NCBI GenBank assembly: GCA_038244685.1
Contig: JBBRTD010000003.1
Coordinates: 3,944 to 67,943 of the forward strand
Length of the DNA: 64,000 nucleotides
Source of the DNA: Minisyncoccia bacterium
Lineage (GTDB): Bacteria > Patescibacteriota > Minisyncoccia > Phycocordibacterales > UBA9973
Direction of reading: 5' to 3'
Made by a program: the position numbers and the translations under genes
Notes under the pieces: model-generated
What the model was told of the DNA's origin: nothing
Database searches by the model: none
What the model saw: only the letters and a program-made list of their open reading frames with translations
In this document: positions 20,080 to 29,532 of the stretch, one piece after another
Numbering within the stretch: the stretch's first letter is position 1
Layout of the letters: each line of letters starts with the position of its first letter

Positions 20080-21523
20080 TATGGAAAATCAAACACAAAA
20101 AGTAGTTACACGTTTTGCTCCTTCACCAACTGGATTTTTGCATATTGGTGGTATTCGTACTGCCTTATACGCTTGGGCTTATGCTCGTAAAAATAATGGG
20201 ACATTTATATTAAGAATAGAAGATACAGACAAAGCTCGTGAAGTAGAAGGTTCTATTGAGCACATCATGAAATCTCTAAAGTGGATTGGCATCGATTGGA
20301 ATGAAGGTCCTGATATTGGTGGCCCAAATGCTCCATATAAACAATCAGAAAGATTAGAGTCATATATAAAATATGCTAAAATTTTAGTAGAAAAAGGCTT
20401 GGCTTATACTGATCCATATACAGAAGAAGAAGTCGAAAATTTTCGTAAAAAAGCCGACGAAGAAAAAAGACCATTTTTATATCGAGACCATAGACCAGAA
20501 AATCCTCCAGTCTGGAATGGCACACAACCTCTTCGATTTAAAGTTAAAGATATTAAAAGTTATGAATGGGATGATCTTGTCCGAGGGCACTTAAAAGCAG
20601 GAGCTGAAGCTTTGGATGACTTTATTCTAATTAAAGGAGATGGATATCCTACCTATAATTTTGCTCATATAATTGATGACTTAGAAATGGGGGTCACTCA
20701 TGTAATGAGAGGTGATGAATTTATCTCTTCGACTCCCAAATTTTTATCTGTATACGACGCTCTTGAAATTAAGAGACCTCAGTATGTAACATTACCTCCA
20801 ATAATGGGTCCAGATGGAAAGAAAAAACTAGGCAAAAGAGATGGAGCCAAAGACTTTCTTGAATATAAAAATGAAGGTTATTTGCCAGAAGCTATGCTTA
20901 ACTTTTTGGCTTTTATTGGATGGAGTCCAGAAGGCGAAGAGGAAATTTTAAATCCAGAAGAATTTATAGCCTTGTTTGATATCAAAAAAATTCATATAAG
21001 TGGTGGTAAATTTAACGAGGAAAAGCTTGATTGGATCAACAAAGAGCATATTAAAAAATTATCTATTGTAAGTTTACAAAAATATGTATTTGAATGGTTA
21101 CCTAATGAATTAAAAATTGAGAAAATTGTTCCTATAATTATGGAGCGTATTTCGAAGTTCGGAGATATTAAAGGAATGGTAGAAAGTGGAGAACTCGATT
21201 TTTTCTACAAAGAACCTATTTGTCAAAAAGAAAAAATAATATATAAAAATACAGATTCAAAAATTATTATTGAAAATTTAAATAAAGCATTAAATATTTT
21301 TGAAAATATTGATGAAAAAGATTTTTTAAAAGATAATATTAAAAATTTATTAATGGAAGTTGCTGATAAGCTAGATAGTAGAGGTGAAATTCTTCATCCC
21401 ATTAGATTTGCTCTTTCAGGTCTAGAAAAATCACCGGATCCTTTTATTCTCTCTGATATATTAGGAAAAAAAGAAACAATATTGCGTATAAATAAAGCAA
21501 TTTCAATATTAAGCTTATCGTAG
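20069..21523 (+). CDS. gltX: Glutamyl-tRNA synthetase
   Basis: RFAPSPTGFLHIGG HIGH motif and KLGKRDG KMSKS-variant. Alternative start ATG 20081 just after murG stop. Confidence 0.9.
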   Translation: MKNNMENQTQKVVTRFAPSPTGFLHIGGIRTALYAWAYARKNNGTFILRIEDTDKAREVEGSIEHIMKSLKWIGIDWNEGPDIGGPNAPYKQSERLESYIKYAKILVEKGLAYTDPYTEEEVENFRKKADEEKRPFLYRDHRPENPPVWNGTQPLRFKVKDIKSYEWDDLVRGHLKAGAEALDDFILIKGDGYPTYNFAHIIDDLEMGVTHVMRGDEFISSTPKFLSVYDALEIKRPQYVTLPPIMGPDGKKKLGKRDGAKDFLEYKNEGYLPEAMLNFLAFIGWSPEGEEEILNPEEFIALFDIKKIHISGGKFNEEKLDWINKEHIKKLSIVSLQKYVFEWLPNELKIEKIVPIIMERISKFGDIKGMVESGELDFFYKEPICQKEKIIYKNTDSKIIIENLNKALNIFENIDEKDFLKDNIKNLLMEVADKLDSRGEILHPIRFALSGLEKSPDPFILSDILGKKETILRINKAISILSLS

Positions 21524-21539
21524 TATAATAGGGTTAGAA

Positions 21540-22814
21540 ATGAAGAAAATTATTTTAAGTTCTATTTTTGTTATATTTGTTATTCTTGCTTTTTCAAAGT
21601 TTTCATCTGCACAGACTGTAGATGAACTAAAAGGGCAAATAAGTAACGCCAACAGTCAAATAGAACAAATAAATAAAGAAATTAAGGCTTTATCTAATCA
21701 AATAGCAGTAACTGGAGAACAAAAAAATACCTTAGCAAATGCTATTAAGGATTTAACCCTTAGAAGAAACAAGCTAACTAAAGAAAGAGAACAAACTGAA
21801 AAGAAAATTACCACAACTGGTTTAGTTATACAGACTTTGAATAGTGAAATAGATACAAGAAATAGTATTTTAAATAGATCAAAAAATTCACTTTCAGAAC
21901 TGTTAAAAGATCTCCATCAACAAGATCAGCAAACTTTTCTACAAAAATTGTTACTAAATAATAATTTAAGTGATTTGAGTCGTGATTACAATGATATTAT
22001 AGGTTTAAATACTGAAATTAAAAATAATATTAATAATGTATACACCCAGAAAGAAAACTTAACTGTTTCAAAAGTAAAAAAAGAAGATGAAAAAAATGCA
22101 TTAACAACTCTTAAAAAAGATTTAACAGCCAAAGAAATAGAGATAGAAGCAAATAAAAAAGAAAAAGATACACTTTTAGTTGAAACAAAAAATAAAGAAT
22201 CAAACTACAAAATGCTTCTACTGGAGCAGCAAAAAAGGAAAGATGCATTTGAAAAAACTATAGAGGATTACGAATCTCAAATTAAATTTATTTTGAATCC
22301 TAAAATTATACCGAAAGAAGGATCTTCTGTATTATCATGGCCACTTGATTCTATATTAATCACTTCGCCATATGGCTCAAGATGGGGTAAATTTCACTAC
22401 GGGCTTGATTTCAGAGCCTCTATTGGGACTTCAGTTAAGGCAATGGCAAGTGGTGTCGTAGAAGGAACAGGAGACACAGATGTAGCTTGTAAAGGTGCTT
22501 CTTTCGGGAAGTGGGTATTCATCAGATACAACAATGGACTATCAAGTACTTATGGTCATTTATCCTCTATTTCTGCTACCGTTGGACAAAAGGTAAGTGC
22601 AGGAGATATTGTAGCTCAATCTGGAAATACAGGTTCATCAACTGGTCCACATTTGCATTTAGCAGTATATGCATCAGATGGAGTGAAAGTTGATACTGTT
22701 CCAAGTAAGGCTTGTAATGGTAAGATTTTTACACAACCTATTTCAGCCCTAAGTGCATATTTAAATCCTGGATTATATTTACCTAAAATTCTTGCAACTA
22801 TGATAAAAAAATAA
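21540..22814 (+). CDS. Secreted coiled-coil M23 peptidoglycan endopeptidase (EnvC-like)
   Basis: Signal peptide. About 230-aa heptad-rich region. M23 HYGLDFRAS and GPHLHLAVY metal-binding motifs. Confidence 0.8.
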   Translation: MKKIILSSIFVIFVILAFSKFSSAQTVDELKGQISNANSQIEQINKEIKALSNQIAVTGEQKNTLANAIKDLTLRRNKLTKEREQTEKKITTTGLVIQTLNSEIDTRNSILNRSKNSLSELLKDLHQQDQQTFLQKLLLNNNLSDLSRDYNDIIGLNTEIKNNINNVYTQKENLTVSKVKKEDEKNALTTLKKDLTAKEIEIEANKKEKDTLLVETKNKESNYKMLLLEQQKRKDAFEKTIEDYESQIKFILNPKIIPKEGSSVLSWPLDSILITSPYGSRWGKFHYGLDFRASIGTSVKAMASGVVEGTGDTDVACKGASFGKWVFIRYNNGLSSTYGHLSSISATVGQKVSAGDIVAQSGNTGSSTGPHLHLAVYASDGVKVDTVPSKACNGKIFTQPISALSAYLNPGLYLPKILATMIKK

Positions 22815-22849
22815 TAATGGATGTTAAGACTCTTGATTCCACTCATATA

Positions 22850-22883
22850 AAAAAAATAAGCAATTTTCATTGCTTATTTTTTA
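22850..22883. terminator. Bidirectional terminator between M23 peptidase gene and tRNA-Leu
   Basis: aataagcaat-tttc-attgcttatt hairpin flanked by A8 and T7. Confidence 0.6.
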
Positions 22884-22887
22884 TTTG

Positions 22888-22969
22888 TGCCCGAGGTGGG
22901 AATCGAACCCACATCCCTTACGAGACACGATTTTAAGTCGTGCGCGTATACCAGTTCCGCCACTCGGGC
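22888..22969 (-). tRNA. tRNA-Leu (anticodon UAA), type II with long variable arm, CCA not encoded
   Basis: Minus-strand cloverleaf GCCCGAGUGGCGGAA... Anticodon loop CUUAAAA. T-arm GUGGGUUCGAUUCCCAC. Acceptor GCCCGAG/CUCGGGC. Confidence 0.8.
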
Positions 22970-23111
22970 AAATATCATTTCAACCTAAAACACATTCATA
23001 TAATTACATAATTTTCAAAATTTTACAACTTTTGTTATATCGATTAATGTGAAGCAAAGGTATTCGGACATTGGGCAAAAATGTAAATATTTGCTCGTGC
23101 TCCTCATTTAT

Positions 23112-23120
23112 TGCTATAAT
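23112..23120 (+). promoter_or_regulatory. Extended -10 element (TGcTATAAT) 6 nt upstream of gatB ATG; leaderless-type promoter
   Basis: TGnTATAAT at 23112-23120. ATG at 23127 coincides with the expected TSS. Confidence 0.4.
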
Positions 23121-23126
23121 AGCCTA

Positions 23127-24542
23127 ATGTCAAAACAATACTATACAACTATCGGGCTTGAAATCCATGCCGAATTAAAAACCAACTCTAAAATGTTCTG
23201 TGGTTGTATTAATAATCCAGACGAAGAAAGACCAAATGTAAACATATGTCCAATTTGTATGGCTCATCCTGGAACTCTACCTGTTATAAACAAAAAAGCA
23301 GTTGAAGATGTAATATTAGTAGGGTTAGCCTTGGGTTCAAAAATTGCAGATTTTACAGAATTTGATCGTAAGAATTACTTCTATCCAGATATCCCAAAAG
23401 CATATCAGATCTCTCAATATAAATTTCCTATAGTTTCTGGTGGAAAATTAAATGGAGTAGATATAACTCGTGTCCATCTAGAAGAGGACACAGCCACTTC
23501 TAAGCATGATAGAGGTAATTACTCCCTCGTAGATTTTAATCGTGCAGGAGTTCCTTTAATGGAGCTTGTGACAGAACCTGTAATACATTCAGCTCATGAT
23601 GCAGGTGAATTTGGTAAGGGATTGCAAATGTTACTTCGTTATCTTGGTGTCTCTGAGGCAAATATGGAAAAGGGCCAAATGCGAGTTGAATTAAATATAT
23701 CAATTTCAGAAGATAAAAATGTATTAGGCACAAAAGTTGAAGTCAAAAATATAAATTCATTTAAGGCAGTAGAGCGCGCGGCCTTATTCGAAGAAAAAAG
23801 AATGGCAAAATTACTAGACGAAGGAAAAGGGGATGAAATCGTACAAGAAACTCGTGGTTGGGATGAAAATAAGCAATCAACTTTTTCACAAAGATCAAAA
23901 GAGAATGCAAACGACTATCGTTACTTTCCTGATCCTGATTTACCAAAATTATTTTTAAATAAAATTTTTAACATTGAAAAATTAAGAAGTGAGTTACCTG
24001 AACTTCCAGAAGCAAAAAGATTAAGATATCAAAACGATTATGGCATTAAAGATGAGGATATTGAGAGTTATATTATTGACCAAGAATTGGGAAATTGGTT
24101 TGAAAAAGTATCGAAAGTATTAAAGGATAAAGATAAGGTAAAAACTGCTTCAAACTATATCACTTCAGATTATTTGGGCCTTAAGAAAATAAATGAAGGG
24201 GTTAAGCTTCCGGATTACAATAACTTTGCTGAATTAATTGAAATGACCATAGGTGGAAAAATTTCTTCTCGTGGGGCAAAAGATATTTTAGCTATTATTT
24301 CCATAAATAATGAGTCTCCAATGAAGATTGCAGAAGATAAAGGATTAATACAAAATCACGACGAAGGAGCATTGAAGGAAATCGTTCAAAAAATTATTGA
24401 TGCTAATCCTGCAGTAGTTTCAACATACAAGGGAGGTAAAGAGAACGCCATAATGTCTCTAGTTGGCCAAGTTATGAAAGAAAGTAAGGGAAGTGCAAAT
24501 CCAAGTCTTGTTCAAAAAATATTAAAAGAATTATTAGCTTAA
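23127..24542 (+). CDS. gatB: Asp/Glu-tRNA amidotransferase subunit B
   Basis: YYTTIGLEIHAELKT...MFCGC N-terminus. GatB/YqeY C-terminal domain. Start moved to ATG 23127 (track ORF starts 23049). Confidence 0.9.
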   Translation: MSKQYYTTIGLEIHAELKTNSKMFCGCINNPDEERPNVNICPICMAHPGTLPVINKKAVEDVILVGLALGSKIADFTEFDRKNYFYPDIPKAYQISQYKFPIVSGGKLNGVDITRVHLEEDTATSKHDRGNYSLVDFNRAGVPLMELVTEPVIHSAHDAGEFGKGLQMLLRYLGVSEANMEKGQMRVELNISISEDKNVLGTKVEVKNINSFKAVERAALFEEKRMAKLLDEGKGDEIVQETRGWDENKQSTFSQRSKENANDYRYFPDPDLPKLFLNKIFNIEKLRSELPELPEAKRLRYQNDYGIKDEDIESYIIDQELGNWFEKVSKVLKDKDKVKTASNYITSDYLGLKKINEGVKLPDYNNFAELIEMTIGGKISSRGAKDILAIISINNESPMKIAEDKGLIQNHDEGALKEIVQKIIDANPAVVSTYKGGKENAIMSLVGQVMKESKGSANPSLVQKILKELLA

Positions 24543-24551
24543 TGTTATAAT
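24543..24551 (+). promoter_or_regulatory. Extended -10 (TGtTATAAT) 8 nt upstream of gap ATG
   Basis: TGnTATAAT at 24543-24551. No SD sequence. Confidence 0.4.
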
Positions 24552-24559
24552 AAAAGTAT

Positions 24560-25594
24560 ATGGATAATACAAAAAAAATTCGTGTTGCTATTAATGGTTT
24601 TGGTAGAATAGGTCGTGCATTTTTAAAAATTGCTTGGCAGAGAGAAGATATTGAGATTGTAGCTATTAATGACCTTGGTTCAATTCAAAGTCTTTCGTAT
24701 TTGCTTCGTCACGATACAGTTTATAGAAATTGGGATCATAAAATTGAAGCGGAAGGTACAGATCTTAGTATAGATGGAAAAATAATTAAATATATTTCGG
24801 AGAAAGATACAACAAAACTTCCTTGGAAAGATTTGAGTATAGATGTAGTAGTAGAATCAACAGGACTCTTTACTTCATTTGATAAAGCAAAATTTCATAT
24901 TGATTGCGGAGCCAAGAAGGTTGTCATAAGTGCACCGTCAAAAGGTGCTGATAGTACAGTTGCCGGAGAGACAATTCTTCTCGGTATAAATGAAGAGAAA
25001 TTTGGAACATGTGATATTACTTCTAATGCTTCATGTACGACCAATGCAGCCAGCCCTCTTATTGCAATAATGCATGAATCAATTGGTATAGAGAAAGCAA
25101 TTCTTAATACTGTACATGGATATACAGCAACTCAAGCTCTTGTTGATGGCCCAAGTAAGAAAGACTTACGTGAAGGCCGTGCAGCTGCTCAGAACATCAT
25201 ACCTTCTTCTACTGGTGCTGCTATCGCTGTGACAGAAGCCTTTCCAGCGCTTAAGGGGCTATTTGATGGTATATCCATCCGTGTGCCAGTTCCAGCAGGC
25301 TCAATTGTTGATATTACTTTTATTGCAAAACGAGATACAACAAAAGAGGAAGTAAATGAAATAATGAAAAAGGCTGCTCTTGATCCAAGATGGCATAAAC
25401 TATTTTCAGTAACAGAAGATAATTTAGTTTCATCTGATATCCTTGGAGAAAGTCATCCTTGTATTGCTGACCTTGAAATGACTCGAGTTGTCGGAGGAAA
25501 TTTGGTTAAAGTTATGGGTTGGTATGATAATGAAATGGGGTATACTTACACACTCGTAGATCATGTAGTTAAAACAGGAAATACAATTAAATAA
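24560..25594 (+). CDS. gap: Glyceraldehyde-3-phosphate dehydrogenase
   Basis: INGFGRIGR NAD motif. Catalytic SNASCTTNA. Confidence 0.9.
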   Translation: MDNTKKIRVAINGFGRIGRAFLKIAWQREDIEIVAINDLGSIQSLSYLLRHDTVYRNWDHKIEAEGTDLSIDGKIIKYISEKDTTKLPWKDLSIDVVVESTGLFTSFDKAKFHIDCGAKKVVISAPSKGADSTVAGETILLGINEEKFGTCDITSNASCTTNAASPLIAIMHESIGIEKAILNTVHGYTATQALVDGPSKKDLREGRAAAQNIIPSSTGAAIAVTEAFPALKGLFDGISIRVPVPAGSIVDITFIAKRDTTKEEVNEIMKKAALDPRWHKLFSVTEDNLVSSDILGESHPCIADLEMTRVVGGNLVKVMGWYDNEMGYTYTLVDHVVKTGNTIK

Positions 25595-25601
25595 ATTAAA
25601 T

Positions 25602-25632
25602 AAAAAAACCTCACGAAATGTGAGGTTTTTTT
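25602..25632. terminator. Bidirectional terminator between gap (+) and dapF (-)
   Basis: acctcac-gaaat-gtgaggt hairpin flanked by A7 and T7. Confidence 0.7.
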
Positions 25633-25634
25633 AT

Positions 25635-26420
25635 TTAATTTATTTCTCCTTTAAAAGAAAAAGTCGCAGGACCTCGAAGAATAATTTGTCCTTCAGGGTT
25701 ATCTCTCAAGAATAGTTTTCCCCCAGGAAATTCTAGAGTAATTTCATTCTTGAAATTTTTATTCTTATTTAAGATAGAATAAACAGCACAAGCTCCTGTT
25801 CCGCAAGCCAAAGTTATTCCGCAACCTCGCTCCCAAACTTTCACTTTAAAATAATTGTCAGATATTTTTTCAACAAATTCAACATTAATTTTATTTGGAA
25901 ATAGTGTAGCCGTTTCAACTTTTGGTCCGATATTTTTTAAATCTATATCGTTTAAATTTTCAATTATAGCTACTGCATGAGGATTACCCATAGAAACACA
26001 ATTAAAATCAAATCCTTCTAAATTAATTGTCTTATTTGGAAAATCATCACTTATAAATATTGGCGCACCCATATTTACAGAGTAAGTATAATCATCATTA
26101 ACTTTAATATTTTTTATTCCTGCTCTAGTGTCTATTGATAATTCTTTAAGTTTAGAATTTGTTTGTTCTATGAAGAATTTAGCTGTGCACCTGGCACCAT
26201 TACCACACATTTGGGCTATGGTTCCATCAGAATTATAATAATTCATAAAGCAATCAGCTCTTACAGAAGATTCAAGAAGTATTACTCCGTCGGCACCAAT
26301 ACCAGAATGTCGATTACAAATAGATTCAATATAAGTAGGAATGAGTTTCATATCTCCTTTTAAATTATTTATCATTATGAAATCATTACCAGCACCTTCA
26401 TATTTATAGAAATTAATCAT
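25635..26420 (-). CDS. dapF: Diaminopimelate epimerase
   Basis: YEGAGNDFIMI N-terminus and two catalytic Cys motifs (MCGNGARC, ACGTGACA). Confidence 0.9.
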   Translation of the reverse strand: MINFYKYEGAGNDFIMINNLKGDMKLIPTYIESICNRHSGIGADGVILLESSVRADCFMNYYNSDGTIAQMCGNGARCTAKFFIEQTNSKLKELSIDTRAGIKNIKVNDDYTYSVNMGAPIFISDDFPNKTINLEGFDFNCVSMGNPHAVAIIENLNDIDLKNIGPKVETATLFPNKINVEFVEKISDNYFKVKVWERGCGITLACGTGACAVYSILNKNKNFKNEITLEFPGGKLFLRDNPEGQIILRGPATFSFKGEIN

Positions 26421-26495
26421 ATTTCATATTATAACTTAAATATCATTATTTATAAATTAGTAGACTTTAGACGCCTGTTATAAATTTTGTTTTAT

Positions 26496-26504
26496 TGTTA
26501 TAAT
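26496..26504 (+). promoter_or_regulatory. Extended -10 (TGtTATAAT) 6 nt upstream of rpiB ATG
   Basis: TGnTATAAT at 26496-26504. ATG 26511 lies at the predicted TSS. Confidence 0.4.
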
Positions 26505-26510
26505 ATGAAT

Positions 26511-26957
26511 ATGAAAATTTATATTGGTTCTGATCATGCAGGCTATGAATTAAAAGAAAAGCTTAAAATTTTTATTGAATCGTTAAATCTTGAAGTTATA
26601 GATAAGGGTGCTTTTTCTTTGGATGTAAACGATGATTATCCTGATTTTATCATTCCAGTGGCAGAAGAAGTTGCAAGAGATCATGAATCAAAGGGAATTG
26701 TTCTAGGTGGAAGTGGAGAAGGCGAACAAATAGCTGCAAATAAAATAGATGGCATAAGAGCTCTTGAATATTATGGTGGTAATTTAAATATTGTAAAACT
26801 AGCAAGACAACACAATGATGCAAACATACTCTCACTTGGCGCAAGATTTGTAGATGAGATTGAAGCTAAAGAAGCTGTAAAAATGTTTTTTGATACACCT
26901 TTTTCTGGTGACGAAAGACACATTAGAAGAATTAATAAAATAGAAGAAACGAATTAA
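26511..26957 (+). CDS. rpiB: Ribose-5-phosphate isomerase B
   Basis: MKIYIGSDHAGYELKE is the RpiB/LacAB signature. Start set at ATG 26511; track ORF begins at TTG 26487. Confidence 0.85.
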   Translation: MKIYIGSDHAGYELKEKLKIFIESLNLEVIDKGAFSLDVNDDYPDFIIPVAEEVARDHESKGIVLGGSGEGEQIAANKIDGIRALEYYGGNLNIVKLARQHNDANILSLGARFVDEIEAKEAVKMFFDTPFSGDERHIRRINKIEETN

Positions 26958-26960
26958 ATT

Positions 26961-27647
26961 ATGACTGAAGTTATACCAGCAGTACTCGCTAAAGATATAA
27001 ATGATTTACGACAAAAGATTGCAAATGTTGTAAATATTTCTCATATAGTTCAAATTGATATGTGTGACGGAAAATTTGTCCAGTCAGTTTCTTGGCCAAT
27101 GGGCAGGGGAGATATGGAGAGCACTGCTTCTATCTTAGGAGAAGAAGAGGGAATGCCGTATTGGGAGCATTTAGATTTCGAATTTGATTTAATGGTTAAA
27201 GATGCAATTAAACAATTCGACTTTTTCGTTAGGCTTGGAGCCAAGAGAATAATATTCCATCTAGAAGCTGAAGACCAAAAGGAACTTAAGGGATTTATTG
27301 ATTCTATTGATCCATACACGAGAGAAAATTTAGAGATTGGAATTGCTATAAATACAACAACTGAAATAGAGAAACTTTTTCCATTCATAAATTCTATAGA
27401 TTTTGTTCAATGTATGGGTATAGAACATTTAGGATTTCAGGGTGAACCTTTCGATGAAAAAGTTCTTGATCAAATTAGAGGTTTAAAAAAAGAATACAGC
27501 GATTTAATAATTAGTGTAGATGGCTGTGTAAATGAAGACACAGCTCCAATATTAGTTCAAGCTGGAGCAAATAGACTTGTAGTTGGTAGTGCTTTAATGA
27601 GAAGTTTTGATGTTTTAGAAACCATTAAAGAATTAGAAAATCTATAA
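26961..27647 (+). CDS. rpe: Ribulose-phosphate 3-epimerase family TIM barrel
   Basis: VQIDMCDGKFVQSVSWP metal-binding motif. 228 aa. Between rpiB and tkt. Confidence 0.7.
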   Translation: MTEVIPAVLAKDINDLRQKIANVVNISHIVQIDMCDGKFVQSVSWPMGRGDMESTASILGEEEGMPYWEHLDFEFDLMVKDAIKQFDFFVRLGAKRIIFHLEAEDQKELKGFIDSIDPYTRENLEIGIAINTTTEIEKLFPFINSIDFVQCMGIEHLGFQGEPFDEKVLDQIRGLKKEYSDLIISVDGCVNEDTAPILVQAGANRLVVGSALMRSFDVLETIKELENL

Positions 27648-27653
27648 TGTAAT

Positions 27654-28505
27654 ATGGAAACAATAAATGATATTAAAATTAAAGAACTGCAAATTAAAGC
27701 AAATGATATTCGTAAAAGTATTATAACAATGCTATTTGAAGCGGGGTCCGGGCACACAGCAGGAGCTCTTGGCATGACAGATATATTTACATATTTATAT
27801 TTTAACGCACTAAAACATAGACCAGATAATCCAACTTGGCCTGATCGAGATAGACTTGTTCTCTCAAATGGACACATCTGTCCTGTTTTGTATGCAACGA
27901 TGGCCCACGCAGGCTACTTTCACTTAGATGAACTCAAAACTTTGCGTAAATTTGGGTCACATCTTCAGGGACATCCACATCGTGAATTTCTTCCAATGGT
28001 TGAGACATCCTCAGGACCTCTCGGTGAAGGAATTTCTCAGTCTGTCGGTATGGCTATTGCTTCTAAAATGGACAATGGAATTGATAAAAAAATATACTGT
28101 ATTGTTGGTGATGGGGAATTAAATGAAGGCCAAAACTGGGAAGCTATTATGCTTGCTGCAAAAGAAAATCTTGATAATTTGATAGTAATTGTTGATCGTA
28201 ATTTTATACAAATAGATGGTAGTACTGAAACTGTTATGCCATTAAATAATCTCGCTTTGAAATGGGAATCTTTTAATTGGCACACTGAAGTAATAGATGG
28301 TCATAACTTTAGAGAAATAAATAATGCAATCTTTCATGCACACAACACTAAAGGAAAACCATCAGTTATAATTGCAAATACAATTCCAGGTAAGGGAGTA
28401 AAAAAGTTTGAAAATGATTATCATTGGCATGGCAAAACACCTAACCAAGAAGAAGCATTAATGGCAATTGATGAATTGAATGTATTAGGAGAAAAATTAA
28501 AATAA
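27654..28505 (+). CDS. Transketolase, N-terminal (TPP-binding) subunit
   Basis: GSGHTAGALGMTDIF and GDGELNEGQNWEA TPP motifs. Split-tkt arrangement. Confidence 0.85.
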   Translation: METINDIKIKELQIKANDIRKSIITMLFEAGSGHTAGALGMTDIFTYLYFNALKHRPDNPTWPDRDRLVLSNGHICPVLYATMAHAGYFHLDELKTLRKFGSHLQGHPHREFLPMVETSSGPLGEGISQSVGMAIASKMDNGIDKKIYCIVGDGELNEGQNWEAIMLAAKENLDNLIVIVDRNFIQIDGSTETVMPLNNLALKWESFNWHTEVIDGHNFREINNAIFHAHNTKGKPSVIIANTIPGKGVKKFENDYHWHGKTPNQEEALMAIDELNVLGEKLK

Positions 28506-28506
28506 T

Positions 28507-29496
28507 ATGTTAAATCAAAATTTAAAACTTAATACAAAAATTTTTAACTTAGATGTCGAAAAGAAATCTACGCGTCAAGGTTTTGGAGAAGGATTACTTC
28601 AAGCTGGAATCGAAAACGATAAAATTGTTGGACTTTGTGCTGACCTTGTAGAATCGACAAAAATGAATATTTTTGCAGAAAAATTTCCAAACAGATATAT
28701 AGAAATTGGTATTGCTGAACAAAACATGGCAAGTGTTGCTTCGGGCATGGCTTCAATGGGAAAGATTCCTTTTATAGCTTCGTATGCAGTTTTTAATCCA
28801 GGAAGAAACTGGGAACAAATCCGTACAACTATTTGCTATAACAATCAACCAGTAAAAATAGTCAGTTCACATTCGGGTCTTTCTATTGGTCCTGATGGTG
28901 GAAGTCATCAATCATTAGAAGATATAGCCATAACTCGTGTACTACCTAATATGGTTGTAATAAGTCCATGCGATATTTTTGAAGCCAGAAAAGCTACTAT
29001 AGCATGTGCAAAAACATTAGAACCAACCTATTTAAGATGCGCAAGAAATGATACACCTATAATTACAACAATCGAAACTCCTTTCGAAATTGGCAAAGCT
29101 CAGATTGTATTTGAACCAGAATCAGGAATTGCTCAAGTGGGAATAATAGCGACAGGTCCAATATTATATAATGCAATTATGGCTGCTAAGAAAATCGAAG
29201 CGGAGGGGATAAAAGTAAAAGTCATGAATCTTTCTACTATTAAACCCTTAGACAACAATGCTATTATAGCACTAGCAAAAGAAACTAAAAATATAATAAC
29301 GGTGGAAGATCATCAAGTAGCAGGTGGAATGGGAAGTGCCGTATCTGAATGTTTAAGCGAAAATTACCCAACCCATATAGAATTTATAGGTATAAAGAAT
29401 CAATTTGGTCAATCAGGGACTCCTAATGAGCTCGCTAAATATTACAAAATAGACATAGATAGTATTGTGGATGCAATCAGAAAAAATTTAATATAA
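28507..29496 (+). CDS. Transketolase, C-terminal (pyrimidine-binding) subunit
   Basis: EIGIAEQNMASVASGMA motif. Adjacent to N-subunit gene with 1-nt spacing. Confidence 0.85.
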   Translation: MLNQNLKLNTKIFNLDVEKKSTRQGFGEGLLQAGIENDKIVGLCADLVESTKMNIFAEKFPNRYIEIGIAEQNMASVASGMASMGKIPFIASYAVFNPGRNWEQIRTTICYNNQPVKIVSSHSGLSIGPDGGSHQSLEDIAITRVLPNMVVISPCDIFEARKATIACAKTLEPTYLRCARNDTPIITTIETPFEIGKAQIVFEPESGIAQVGIIATGPILYNAIMAAKKIEAEGIKVKVMNLSTIKPLDNNAIIALAKETKNIITVEDHQVAGGMGSAVSECLSENYPTHIEFIGIKNQFGQSGTPNELAKYYKIDIDSIVDAIRKNLI

Positions 29497-29502
29497 AAAA
29501 AA

Positions 29503-29532
29503 AATAAACTGGCTAATTAGCCAGTTTATTTT
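29503..29532. terminator. Bidirectional terminator after tkt
   Basis: aaactggcta-at-tagccagttt hairpin, then T-run. Confidence 0.65.

Noticed and set aside
22870-23052. 60-aa plus-strand ORF
   Set aside because: Overlaps the minus-strand tRNA-Leu and the gatB promoter region. No start context.
26487-26510. N-terminal extensions MFYCYNMN (rpiB) and similar TTG-initiated extensions on gatB (23049), prfA (35106), rplY (32676), mraY (15998), scpB (15502)
   Set aside because: Extensions begin at TTG/other codons inside upstream genes or promoters. Conserved protein N-termini and -10 elements support the downstream ATG.
27654-29496. Transketolase split into two genes as a pseudogene/frameshift
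   Set aside because: The N-terminal TPP-binding and C-terminal pyrimidine-binding subunits are the well-known two-subunit transketolase form. Both ORFs are full length with 1-nt spacing.
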